A DNA stretch of 42,701 nucleotides. Origin: an uncultured Rhodospirillaceae bacterium (GTDB lineage: Bacteria > Pseudomonadota > Alphaproteobacteria > Micavibrionales > UBA2020). Under the pieces are notes generated by a model, which saw only the letters and a list, made by a program, of their open reading frames with translations, made no database searches and was not told the DNA's origin. Positions 7,556 to 16,256 of this stretch are shown piece after piece (the stretch's first letter is position 1; every line of letters begins with the position of its first letter). The stretch is from the NCBI GenBank assembly GCA_964349475.1, contig CAYGGT010000005.1, forward strand, positions 1 through 42,701, in the 5' to 3' direction. The position numbers were made by a program, and so were the translations under genes.

Positions 7556-8611
7556 TCACGGTTTTTCGCTTGGGCGGGGATCGCTGTCCTGACGGTACTG
7601 CGTCGGTGTTACCCCGGTTATTTCCCTGAATACGCGGTTAAAAGAGGCCAAAGAGTTAAAGCCCACTTCCGAAGCCACCACCTGAACGGGGATATTCTTG
7701 TCGAGGAGCATTCTTTTGGCGTCCTCCACCCTGAATTCGCTCAGATACCGCGGAAAGCTTTTGCCGAAAGAGACGTTAATCACGCGGGAGACGATGCTTT
7801 CGGAGGTGGGAATCTCACGGGCGAGGTCGGCGCGGCTAAAACTTGGCTCCTGATAAAGCTTGTCGAGCTCCATCAGTTTCTTCACTTTCTCGGCGATTCG
7901 GTTTTCTTCCGCGGTCAGAGCGCCCCGCGGCGCGGCCTGCAACTGCACAGGGGCCGGGTAAACCCGAAACATCACGGAACTCGCCAGGTAAACGAAGGCC
8001 AGGCCCAGCACGATCAGCAAAGCATCCGCATCCGCCCCCGGCAACCCCCCGACCGAGCGAAAAGAGTTAATGCCGACGACGCCGACATTGGCCATGACCA
8101 AAGTCATCACCAGCCAGTATCTTTCCCGCCCGGCGCCTTTAAACTTCCAAAGGTCCAGAAACAGGCCCCTGTGGCCCCAGAGCGCCAGCAGCACAACGCC
8201 GCCAGAAATGGAGCCGAGCAGGTAAAGCCACTGAAAAAAATCCGCGATCTGGGCAACAGTCACCGCCGCCCAGGACAGCGGCGTCAGCGCCAGAACGGAA
8301 AACTGCCGCCAGTCCGGCGGCGCGCCCTTCGCAACCTGGAGCACCAGCAGGTAGCAAAGCGGCGGACTTAAGGACCAGACAAGCCATTGCGCCAGCCGGA
8401 TGACATGCTCGTATTCGTCCAGCCGCAGCGCAACTTGCAGGCCAAAAGCGGCGGACAGCGCCAGAAAGTAGCCGATGGCCAGTGACGCTTCCCGCCAGCT
8501 GCGCACCCGGAAAAAAATATAGACCAGAATAAGGACGCCCTGCGCCAGCCCGGTCACGGACAGCCATTCAATCAGGTCGAAGGTGGGCGTCGCGTGGATG
8601 AAGGACATCAT
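7556..8611 (-). CDS. Polytopic membrane protein with a C-terminal AraC-type HTH domain
   Basis: The first 220 aa or so form about seven hydrophobic segments. The C-terminus reads SRADLAREIPTSESIVSRVINVSFGKSFPRYLSEFRVEDAKRML...VASEVGFNSLASFNRVFREITGVTPTQYR, an AraC/XylS double HTH. Confidence 0.85.
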   Translation of the reverse strand: MMSFIHATPTFDLIEWLSVTGLAQGVLILVYIFFRVRSWREASLAIGYFLALSAAFGLQVALRLDEYEHVIRLAQWLVWSLSPPLCYLLVLQVAKGAPPDWRQFSVLALTPLSWAAVTVAQIADFFQWLYLLGSISGGVVLLALWGHRGLFLDLWKFKGAGRERYWLVMTLVMANVGVVGINSFRSVGGLPGADADALLIVLGLAFVYLASSVMFRVYPAPVQLQAAPRGALTAEENRIAEKVKKLMELDKLYQEPSFSRADLAREIPTSESIVSRVINVSFGKSFPRYLSEFRVEDAKRMLLDKNIPVQVVASEVGFNSLASFNRVFREITGVTPTQYRQDSDPRPSEKP

Positions 8612-9345
8612 TTTTTCGCCGGCGTTTCCCGCATCCGCATCAGCAGCTCAACCTCATGGGGATCGACGCCGAGTTGTTCGATCAGGTAGCTCTTCATGAA
8701 TTCCACTTCTTGCGGATGGACGGTTTTTTCCGTCACCAGCATATTCTTCATCATCTGCCTGGATGCTTCCGTGTCGCCTTTTTTATTCAGGATAAAGGCC
8801 GGCATCTGCCGCGCCCACTGGGGCATGCTGCTGCTGTTCGGCAGTTTGGCGAGTTTATAGGCAATGTCCAGCGCGAGGTTCAGGTCATTCATCCGGTGCT
8901 GCGCCAGAAAAGCCGCCTGCGCCAGCCAGCGCCATTTTTCGCCAAAGGGAATTTGACCCGCCACCGTCAGGTATGCAACCACGGGCGCAATGTCCTTGGG
9001 CACGCGCGTGCCGCCGAAATAATAAGCCGCGATCATCGGCACGTGGTCGGACAGCGGGTCAAGCGCGTGCAGCAAAAAAAACCACTGCCCCAGCCGCGTG
9101 TAGTTGTAATCTTTCAGCGGCGTCACATCCCGCCCGGTATCGCCCAGATTTTGCAAGGCCAGCGCCAGAAAACGATAGGCAAGCTCCGGATCCCCCAGCG
9201 TCATCATCGTCGCCTTGCGCGCGGTCGGCACGGGGGGCACGCCTTCCCATCTCGAATAAATCTCCCGGCTGGCGCCCCACAAAGAGAGGTTCAGCGCGAG
9301 GATCATAAAAAGCGCCGCCTTGACCCTGACCCGCTGCTGCTGCAT
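8608..9345 (-). CDS. Hypothetical 245-aa protein with an N-terminal anchor or signal, then an all-helical (TPR-like?) region
   Basis: I use the ATG at 9345 (MQQQRVRVKAALFMILALNLSLWG), which shares 1 nt with the stop of the upstream permease (TAATG). The 9525 start in the ORF track would overlap that gene. Its stop overlaps the AraC start (ATGA). Confidence 0.6.
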   Translation of the reverse strand: MQQQRVRVKAALFMILALNLSLWGASREIYSRWEGVPPVPTARKATMMTLGDPELAYRFLALALQNLGDTGRDVTPLKDYNYTRLGQWFFLLHALDPLSDHVPMIAAYYFGGTRVPKDIAPVVAYLTVAGQIPFGEKWRWLAQAAFLAQHRMNDLNLALDIAYKLAKLPNSSSMPQWARQMPAFILNKKGDTEASRQMMKNMLVTEKTVHPQEVEFMKSYLIEQLGVDPHEVELLMRMRETPAKK

Positions 9346-10166
9346 TAAAACTGCCGCCGCAGGAAATCGTAAGAGGACGCCGCCAGCAGCAGCGCAATAA
9401 ACACAAGCCCCTGCAAGCCGATGAACCCGGCCAGGCCGATATTTTCCATGACGATATGCGCGTAAGACCCCGCATCGGGCAAAAACTTGACGCCGCCGGA
9501 ACCTGCCGTCCCGTATACCAGCCACGTGGTTTGTCCCATCATGTCCAGGCGCGGGACGATGATCGAGATCAATTTCATCAGGCTGCCGATCACGGCGAAG
9601 AACCAGTTGACCGGCGCCACGTCCATGATCCCCAGCAATGTCCCGATCATGCGCGCCAGCGCGTAAAAGCCGAGCGTGGCAAGCGCGGAGCCGGCGGCGC
9701 TCGACAGAACCATCGAGAAAAACAGCGCCGCCACCGACATCATGGCGAATTCAACGGCAAGGCTGGCGCCCCAGACGGCAAGCCCGCCCATGTCGGGCCG
9801 CCCCACAACCGACACCACCAGCACGATCGCCAGCGCGATGAAGAAAGACAGAATGGAAAAAGCCGCCGCATGGCTGAACAAAAAACACGGCCGGGAGATC
9901 GGCCGGGACAGCAGGAACTCCACTTCCTTGTTTTCAAAAGAACGGCGGACGTAAAAACAGCAAAAGAGGATCACCCCGGTCACGCCCAGAAACCGCAACC
10001 CCCCGGAACCGAAAACCAGCGCGAAGCTGTCGCCTTCGGTCACGCTGGCCGAGCCCGTGAAAACCGCCACCACCCCCCCCATCGCGATCATCAGCGCCAG
10101 CGTCATCATCAGCTTGTCGCGCAAGGCGGCCGTCAGAATGTATTTGATGAGTGTTTTTGAGATCAT
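9345..10166 (-). CDS. Polytopic membrane protein, ABC-2-type permease-like
   Basis: A 273-aa protein with about six hydrophobic segments and a layout like ABC-2/NosY/PilI-type permeases. The assignment rests on architecture only. Confidence 0.55.
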   Translation of the reverse strand: MISKTLIKYILTAALRDKLMMTLALMIAMGGVVAVFTGSASVTEGDSFALVFGSGGLRFLGVTGVILFCCFYVRRSFENKEVEFLLSRPISRPCFLFSHAAAFSILSFFIALAIVLVVSVVGRPDMGGLAVWGASLAVEFAMMSVAALFFSMVLSSAAGSALATLGFYALARMIGTLLGIMDVAPVNWFFAVIGSLMKLISIIVPRLDMMGQTTWLVYGTAGSGGVKFLPDAGSYAHIVMENIGLAGFIGLQGLVFIALLLAASSYDFLRRQF

Positions 10167-10247
10167 AAAAGCACTTTCACTTAAGGGTCCGCCGCCCGCC
10201 GCGAAGACGGGGGCTTATTCTCGCCGGCGCGGGAACGACAAAAAAGC

Positions 10248-12020
10248 CTACAGCCGCACCGGCCGCCGGTCATGGCCGAAGTCCTGGTAAATCTTGCGGT
10301 CCATGTCGTCGGCGTTGGAGCCGCCAGGAACAATCGTCGCGCGCATCAAAATCACCAGCTCGCTCTTGCGGATGTTGTCGCCGTGATTGCGGAACAGCGC
10401 GCCGACCATCGGGATATCTCCCAGCACCGGAATGCCGGTTTCGGATACCGTATTGTCTTCGCGCATCAGCCCGCCCATCACCATCGTCTGGCCGGAGTGC
10501 AACTTGACGATGGAGTCAATCTCCTGCACCGATAATTCGGGGATCAGGTTGCCATCGTTCAGGGGGTCGTCAATCTGCGCGGTAATTTTAGAAACGGTCG
10601 GCCGCACCGCAAGAATAATTTCACCCGTATCCAAATTGGCCGTCGGCAGGACGTTCATCAGAACGCCTTCGGGGGTCGATTTGACCGTGCCCGTCCGGGT
10701 GACCGTGGGCTCGCCGCCGACAATCGCGGACGCCGTCTGCGTCGTCTGGATGTCGAAATAAATCCGGTTGTTCGACACGTTGACGACCGCCGGCTGATTG
10801 TTGAGGACCATGACGCGCGGGCTGGAAAGGGCGCGCACCGAGCCAAAACGGCTGAGCGCGCTCAGCACCGGGCGCAGCCCATCGTTCAGGTCGATATTGG
10901 CCGTGAAAACATTGGTTGTCGGTGTAGAAAAAGTCGGCGCCGTCAGGGTTCCCGTGGCCGTCACCAGCCCCGTCAGGCTGACCTGGCCCCAGTCGATGCC
11001 GGCGGCAAATTCGTCCGACAGGGACACTTCCAGCACGCGGGCTTCGATCAGCACCTGCGTCATCGTCATTTTTTCGAAATCGTTCATGAATTTTTTCACC
11101 ATCTTGTGCTGGCGCTCGCTCGCAAAGACGCTGACGATGCCGGTTTGCTTGCTGATGGAATAGCTCGATGGCGGATTGGGAATGAGCGGCTCCGAGGTCG
11201 AAGACACATTGAGCGTCGGCGGCTCGATCGGCGGCAGTGGCGGCGGCACGGCCGCCGGATTGTTCGGATCGACAGGCAATGGCGGCGGCACATAGGCCGG
11301 CACCGGCGTCGCCACCGGATCCGCCAAAGTCGCCAGGGAGAGGTAGGTATCCGACGCGGTCAGAATCTGCTTCAGGCCATCGTTAATTTCCTTCCAGAAA
11401 TCCGGCTCGTATTTGTTTTCAATGTCGGCGTCCGAGCCGGAAGAGCTTTCTCCGGAATCGGAATCACTGGCGACGGAAATGCTGCTCTTGATGTTCGTCG
11501 TGCTTTTACGCGCGATGTTCATGTAATCGACACGGTAGTTTTTGATGTAAGGGCGGTCAAGCTCGACACGCAGGACGTTCTGCTCGAACGTATAGCGCAG
11601 GCCCGCCATCTCGGTTATCCGCTCGATGACTTCGCGGAAGGGGCGGTCTTTGGCGGTGAAAATGATCGAGCCGCGAATCTGCGGATCCATCTCCAGATCA
11701 ATCCCGGCCTGCTCGCCCAGTTCAAACATCAGGTCGCGCAGGGAGACGGTCTGGTTGACGGATACCGTCACCAGCGGCGAGGGCAGTTTCAAATCTTCCG
11801 GCATGGCGATCACGGATTGAAAATCGGGCGGCGAAGACACTTCTTCGGGCGGCAGCGGCTGCGGCGCCAAGGCGTCGCGATAGCCCTGCCGGTCTTTTTC
11901 CGCGCTGCGATCGTAAGTCACCTGGTTTTTTGCCAGCTGGCAACTACCGAGCGAGAGGGTGACAAGAGTGAGTGCAACGACGATGCAGCCGCCCCGAAAA
12001 AGATGACGCAATCCAGTCAT
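10248..12020 (-). CDS. pilQ: Secretin (PilQ/MshL family) with a lipoprotein signal
   Basis: Lipobox LSLGSC is present. An N0-like domain reads VSLRDLMFELGEQAGIDLEMD...FTAKDRPFREVIERI. The MshL-like core reads FWKEI...QVLIEARVLEVSLSDEFAAGIDW. The C-terminal secretin motif is GQTMVMGGLMRED...GIPVLGDIPMVGALF. Confidence 0.9.
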   Translation of the reverse strand: MTGLRHLFRGGCIVVALTLVTLSLGSCQLAKNQVTYDRSAEKDRQGYRDALAPQPLPPEEVSSPPDFQSVIAMPEDLKLPSPLVTVSVNQTVSLRDLMFELGEQAGIDLEMDPQIRGSIIFTAKDRPFREVIERITEMAGLRYTFEQNVLRVELDRPYIKNYRVDYMNIARKSTTNIKSSISVASDSDSGESSSGSDADIENKYEPDFWKEINDGLKQILTASDTYLSLATLADPVATPVPAYVPPPLPVDPNNPAAVPPPLPPIEPPTLNVSSTSEPLIPNPPSSYSISKQTGIVSVFASERQHKMVKKFMNDFEKMTMTQVLIEARVLEVSLSDEFAAGIDWGQVSLTGLVTATGTLTAPTFSTPTTNVFTANIDLNDGLRPVLSALSRFGSVRALSSPRVMVLNNQPAVVNVSNNRIYFDIQTTQTASAIVGGEPTVTRTGTVKSTPEGVLMNVLPTANLDTGEIILAVRPTVSKITAQIDDPLNDGNLIPELSVQEIDSIVKLHSGQTMVMGGLMREDNTVSETGIPVLGDIPMVGALFRNHGDNIRKSELVILMRATIVPGGSNADDMDRKIYQDFGHDRRPVRL

Positions 12021-12074
12021 GAAAAAGATCCATCCCCTTAAAAAACCCGCAACAAAATTGTTCCGCAGTAATTG

Positions 12075-13196
12075 TTACAGAGACAGTCCGGAGTTGTCAA
12101 TCTCTCCGCTTCTTTGTCCTTTGCCGGCGAGGTTGATCTGCCAGATTTTCATTTTCATATCTGTCGGGAAATCGGCCTCCGCGATCGCGGTCTGTTCGCT
12201 AATGATGCCGGCACGGTAAAGATTGATCAGCGACTGATCGAAAACAATCATGCCGGTGGAGTTGTTAAGGGTCATTACCTCGCGGATTTTAATGGTCTCC
12301 CCTTTCAGAATATGCTCCTTGATCAGACCTTCGTTGAGCAGGATTTCCAGCGCCACCACCAGCTGCCCCCGGATGGAAGACACCAGGCGCTGCGAGATCA
12401 CCGCGCGCAAATTCATCGACAGCGCGATTCGCACTTGCTGATGCCGGTCCTCCGGGAAAAAATTGATAATTCTTTCCACCGCTTGCGACGCGTTGTTGGC
12501 GTGGACGGTGGAAAGACAGAGATGCCCCGTCTCGGCGGCGATGAGCGCCTGCTCCATGACTTCCCGGTCGCGGATCTCCCCCACCAGGATAACATCCGGC
12601 TTCTGGCGCAGGGCGTTTTTAAGCGCGATGTGATAGGATTCGGTGTCGATGCCGACTTCCCGCTGCGTCACGATGCCTCTTTTGTGCTCGTAAAAAAATT
12701 CAATCGGATCTTCGATGGTGATGATGTGCCCGCCGGTCGTCTTGTTGCGAAAATCCGCCATCGCCGCCAGCGATGTCGATTTGCCCGAAGCGGTCACGCC
12801 GCAGACGAGAATCAACCCCCGCCTTTCAAGCGCCAGGTTCTCCATCATCTTTGGCAGGTGCAGATCTTCGAAACTGGGGATTTTGCCGGTGATGCGCCGG
12901 ACCACCAGCGCCGGATATTGCCGCTGGCGCAGGACGCTGATGCGAAAGCGGCCGTCTTTGCCCATGTCAATCGCCAGGTTCAGCTCCATGCGGGATTCAA
13001 ACTCGCGGCGCTGCCGGCTGGTCAGGATATCCCCCAGCATGTCCTGTATATCCGCTTCTTCCAGCGCTTTTTCCGACAGCGCATGCAGCCGGTCGTTCAC
13101 GCGGAGCATCGGCGGCACGCCGACCGTCAGGTAAAGGTCGCTTGCCTCTTCCGTGACCATCTTGTTGAGATAAGGATAAATCGCAACATCGGTCAA
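12075..13196 (-). CDS. pilU: PilU-like type IV pilus retraction ATPase paralog
   Basis: The N-terminus SDLYLTVGVPPMLRVN, Walker A GVTASGKST, and the Asp and His boxes are present. It lacks the AIRNLIRE motif. The TTG start overlaps the pilT stop (TTGA). Confidence 0.85.
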   Translation of the reverse strand: MTDVAIYPYLNKMVTEEASDLYLTVGVPPMLRVNDRLHALSEKALEEADIQDMLGDILTSRQRREFESRMELNLAIDMGKDGRFRISVLRQRQYPALVVRRITGKIPSFEDLHLPKMMENLALERRGLILVCGVTASGKSTSLAAMADFRNKTTGGHIITIEDPIEFFYEHKRGIVTQREVGIDTESYHIALKNALRQKPDVILVGEIRDREVMEQALIAAETGHLCLSTVHANNASQAVERIINFFPEDRHQQVRIALSMNLRAVISQRLVSSIRGQLVVALEILLNEGLIKEHILKGETIKIREVMTLNNSTGMIVFDQSLINLYRAGIISEQTAIAEADFPTDMKMKIWQINLAGKGQRSGEIDNSGLSL

Positions 13197-14398
13197 AACG
13201 AATATCCTTCTTTTGGATCGTCCTTGACAGGGGAGGACGCCGACGGTTTGGCCGCCGTCACGGGCGGCTGCGCTTTACTGGCGGCCAGCGGCGGCGAATT
13301 TTTCTTTGCCGTCACCGGCGTCACAGGCGGCGCAGATGGGGCGTGCGCGCTTGCTGCAATGTCATCCGTGTCGTCGGAAGTGTCTTTCTTCATCGCATCA
13401 ACCGCCGATTGTTCGCTCACCAGCCCTGCCGCCAGCAAGTCGTTCACGGAATCGGCCATGGTCTGCATGCCGTAGCGCGCGCCGGTCTGGATCATCGAGT
13501 AAATCTGCGGCAACTGGTTTTCGCGGATCAGGTTGCGGACCGCGTTCGTGCCGACCATGATCTCGTGCGCGGCGACGCGCCCGCCGCCGACCTTTTTCAG
13601 CAGCTGCTGGGAGATGACGCCCTGGATCGCCCCGGCCAGCATCGTCCGCGCCATTTCTTTTTCAGCCGCCGGAAAAACGTCGATCAGCCGCGAGGCGGTC
13701 TTGGCGGCATCGCTGGAGTGCAGCGTCCCGAACACCAGGTGGCCGGTTTCCGCCGCGGTCAGGGCGAGAGAAATCGTTTCGTAGTCGCGCATCTCCCCCA
13801 CCAGGATCACGTCGGGGTCTTCCCGCAAAGCGCTGCGCAGCGCGGCGGCGAATGATTTCGTGTCGGTGCCGACTTCGCGGTGGTTGATCAGACTCTTTTT
13901 CGACGTGTGAAAAAATTCCACCGGATCTTCGATGGTCAGGATATGGCCGGCCATCGTTTCATTAATGTGGTTGACCATCGCCGCCAGCAGCGTCGATTTA
14001 CCGCTGCCGGTCGGCCCGGTCACCAGGATCAGGCCTTTTTCAAAAGACGTCAGGCGGGTGATAATCGGCGGCAAGTTCATGTTTTCGATGCGCGGGATGA
14101 CGGACGGGATCACCCGGAGCACGGCGGCGGAGCCGATACGGTTGGTGAAGGCGTTGATACGAAACCGCGCGGTTTCCCCGAAAGAAATAGCGAAATCGAT
14201 CTCATAGTCGCGCTCGTACACGCTGCGCTGTTCTTCGGCCATGACGGAAAAAAGCATGGCGCGGATTTCGTCCGCGGTCAGGGGGTTGGTCTTGATCGAC
14301 GCCAGCTCTCCGTCGATGCGCACCATGGGCGGGTTCTTGCCGCTCAGATGCAAATCCGAGGCTTTGTTATCAAGCGTAAACTTGAGCAATTCTGTCAT
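13193..14398 (-). CDS. pilT: PilT twitching-motility ATPase with a Pro/Ala-rich C-terminal extension
   Basis: SDLHLSGKNPPMVRIDGEL, Walker A GPTGSGKST and the PilT signature AVRNLIRE are present. I prefer the ATG at 14398 (MTELLKF), which has GGGGAGGG upstream. The longest ORF start is 14428. Confidence 0.9.
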   Translation of the reverse strand: MTELLKFTLDNKASDLHLSGKNPPMVRIDGELASIKTNPLTADEIRAMLFSVMAEEQRSVYERDYEIDFAISFGETARFRINAFTNRIGSAAVLRVIPSVIPRIENMNLPPIITRLTSFEKGLILVTGPTGSGKSTLLAAMVNHINETMAGHILTIEDPVEFFHTSKKSLINHREVGTDTKSFAAALRSALREDPDVILVGEMRDYETISLALTAAETGHLVFGTLHSSDAAKTASRLIDVFPAAEKEMARTMLAGAIQGVISQQLLKKVGGGRVAAHEIMVGTNAVRNLIRENQLPQIYSMIQTGARYGMQTMADSVNDLLAAGLVSEQSAVDAMKKDTSDDTDDIAASAHAPSAPPVTPVTAKKNSPPLAASKAQPPVTAAKPSASSPVKDDPKEGYSF

Positions 14399-14471
14399 GT
14401 CCACGGAAAACCCTCCCCTGATAATCAACCCTTTCCAAGACTACGCCATAGGCATGAAAAAAGTGTAAATA

Positions 14472-15257
14472 TCAGATATTTATAAAAACAGGAATATGAA
14501 GACATAATACGGTGAAAAAGGCGATCATCAAAGCAGGGCCGAAAGGAACTTCCGGGTCTTTAAACATTTTTTTCCAGATCAGGGAAAGCCCCACGCCGCA
14601 CAGGCCGGCGATTGTCATGAACAACGCCGCCGCGTCAAGATCGGCTCCCAGCCAAAATCCCGCGGCGGCGAAAAATTTAACGTCCCCCAGCCCCATCGAT
14701 TCACGCTTGACCGCCAGCATGACCGCCTGACGCAGCGCCAGCGCCGCCACGCCGTAAAGCACGGCCCCGCCCAGGGCAATGCCGCCCTTGGCGAGGATAA
14801 ATTCCAGCGGGGTCCCGTCGGTGAAAGCGTTCACCACCAGCAGCGCCGCCCCAAGCAGTAAAACGGAAAGATTGAGACTGTCGGGAATAATTTTGTGGTG
14901 CAAGTCGATGTCGATGATGCTGACAATGATCGGCGCCAGCGCAAAAACCAGCACTGTTTCAGGCGCCAGCCCGTAAACGGCGTAAAGAATGAGACAGAGG
15001 GCAAGCGTCGCCAGTTCGATCAGCGGATACCGCCAGCCGATCGGCGCGCGGCAATGCCGGCATTTCCCCCGCAAGAAAACCCAGGAAAAAACCGGCACCA
15101 GGTCCGCCATGCCAAGGGTATGCTGACAAACCGGGCATAAGGAGCGTTTTACCGTCAAAATCGAAATGTCGCGCGGCATGCGGTAAGAAAGCGCCGTCGC
15201 AAAACTGCCCAGCACCAGCCCCAGAAAAGTGACGATCATGATATTGAAGGCGTTCAT
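14472..15257 (-). CDS. pilD: Prepilin peptidase / N-methyltransferase (A24 family)
   Basis: The Zn-finger-like CPVCQH...CRHC and the catalytic Asp motifs (IDLHHKIIPD and GLGDVKFF) are present. I prefer the ATG at 15257 over the TTG at 15287. Confidence 0.9.
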   Translation of the reverse strand: MNAFNIMIVTFLGLVLGSFATALSYRMPRDISILTVKRSLCPVCQHTLGMADLVPVFSWVFLRGKCRHCRAPIGWRYPLIELATLALCLILYAVYGLAPETVLVFALAPIIVSIIDIDLHHKIIPDSLNLSVLLLGAALLVVNAFTDGTPLEFILAKGGIALGGAVLYGVAALALRQAVMLAVKRESMGLGDVKFFAAAGFWLGADLDAAALFMTIAGLCGVGLSLIWKKMFKDPEVPFGPALMIAFFTVLCLHIPVFINI

Positions 15258-15305
15258 TGAGAAGGCGCTCCGCCGGAATGACAACAAGAACTTTTAGAAA
15301 TGCCT

Positions 15306-16256
15306 TTATCGAATAATCGACAGGCGTTTTTTCACCGTTTCGAGCGGAAAACCGTGGTCGAGAGAGCCGTCTTCCCCCAGAAGAACGATTTGGCGATAGA
15401 GATCGGCGGCGCGGTTTTTTTTCCCCATCCGGTCGTAAACAATGGCCCTGTTGTAGAGGATGTTGGCGTTCCCCGGTTCCAGGGCATGGGCCATCTCCAG
15501 GTATTTCAGCGCCTTTTCGTAGTCGCCGGCCATGCCGTAAGCCAGGCCAAGCTGCGCCGTAATATCCGCGTTGGAGGGGTAAATATCGCGCAACTGGTGA
15601 AGTTTTTCAATCGTCAGCGCCTGATCTGCCTTATCAAGCAGGCCCAGCATGTTTGTCAGGGCTTCCAGGTTTTTGGGGTCGTTGCGGAGAGCCAGCTCGT
15701 AAGCGGCCAGCGCTTCTTCTCTCTGCCCCAGTTTCTGAAAGGTGATCGCCCGGCCCATCAGCACGCGCTTGTTGTGCGGAAATTCCACATAAAGGTCGCT
15801 GAAAATTTGCAGCGCCGCCTGATAACTGCCCTGCGCCAGCGCCGTGCGCGCCGCCGCCAGACGCGCATCCATGCCGTCGGCGCCCTGGGTTTTTTTGACC
15901 ACCAGATATTTCTCCGGCAGATCCCGTATCTCCGCCGGCTGCGCCAGAATATCCGTCACCTTCGGTCCGGCCCCGGCGTTTTTCGGATTGGGAGACGCGG
16001 GCGCAACGATATTCGCGGGCGGCGCTGCGACCTGCGCCGGAGGCGTTGTTGGTTGCGCCGGAGGCGCTCCTGGCTGCGCCAGAGGCGTTACCGGTTGCGC
16101 CAGAGGCGTTGTTGGTTGCGCCAGAGGCGCTGTGATATTCAGCGGCGCCGCAACCGGTGCGGCTGGTGTTTGTGCCAGAGCGGCTGAAACAATGCCGACA
16201 GACACAATCAGGCTTGCCGTCGCCAGAAGGGCATTTTTCTTGCTAAACGATTTCAT
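15306..16256 (-). CDS. Secreted TPR-repeat protein (MshN/PilF-like position)
   Basis: A signal peptide is followed by a Pro-rich tandem region (PLAQPTTPLAQPVTPLAQPGAPPAQP). TPR-like repeats follow (YQAALQIFSDLY, EEALAAYELALRNDPKN, YEKALKYLEMAHALEPGN). Confidence 0.8.
   Translation of the reverse strand: MKSFSKKNALLATASLIVSVGIVSAALAQTPAAPVAAPLNITAPLAQPTTPLAQPVTPLAQPGAPPAQPTTPPAQVAAPPANIVAPASPNPKNAGAGPKVTDILAQPAEIRDLPEKYLVVKKTQGADGMDARLAAARTALAQGSYQAALQIFSDLYVEFPHNKRVLMGRAITFQKLGQREEALAAYELALRNDPKNLEALTNMLGLLDKADQALTIEKLHQLRDIYPSNADITAQLGLAYGMAGDYEKALKYLEMAHALEPGNANILYNRAIVYDRMGKKNRAADLYRQIVLLGEDGSLDHGFPLETVKKRLSIIR

Noticed and set aside
12072-13475. Long plus-strand ORFs lie antisense to pilU/pilT. 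Similar ones are 6292..7398, 7415..8371, 11106..12041, 19034..19915, 21424..22785, 23811..24620, 25880..27601, 34804..35949, 38259..39149 (minus) and 41763..42413 (minus).
   Set aside because: Each lies opposite a gene with unmistakable family motifs. Their products are Arg/Gly/His/Pro-rich low-complexity strings typical of shadow ORFs in GC-rich DNA, and none has a plausible RBS.
15986-16145. Short tandem DNA repeats might suggest a CRISPR array or VNTR locus.
   Set aside because: They are contiguous with no spacers, in frame, and encode a Pro-rich linker inside a clear CDS.
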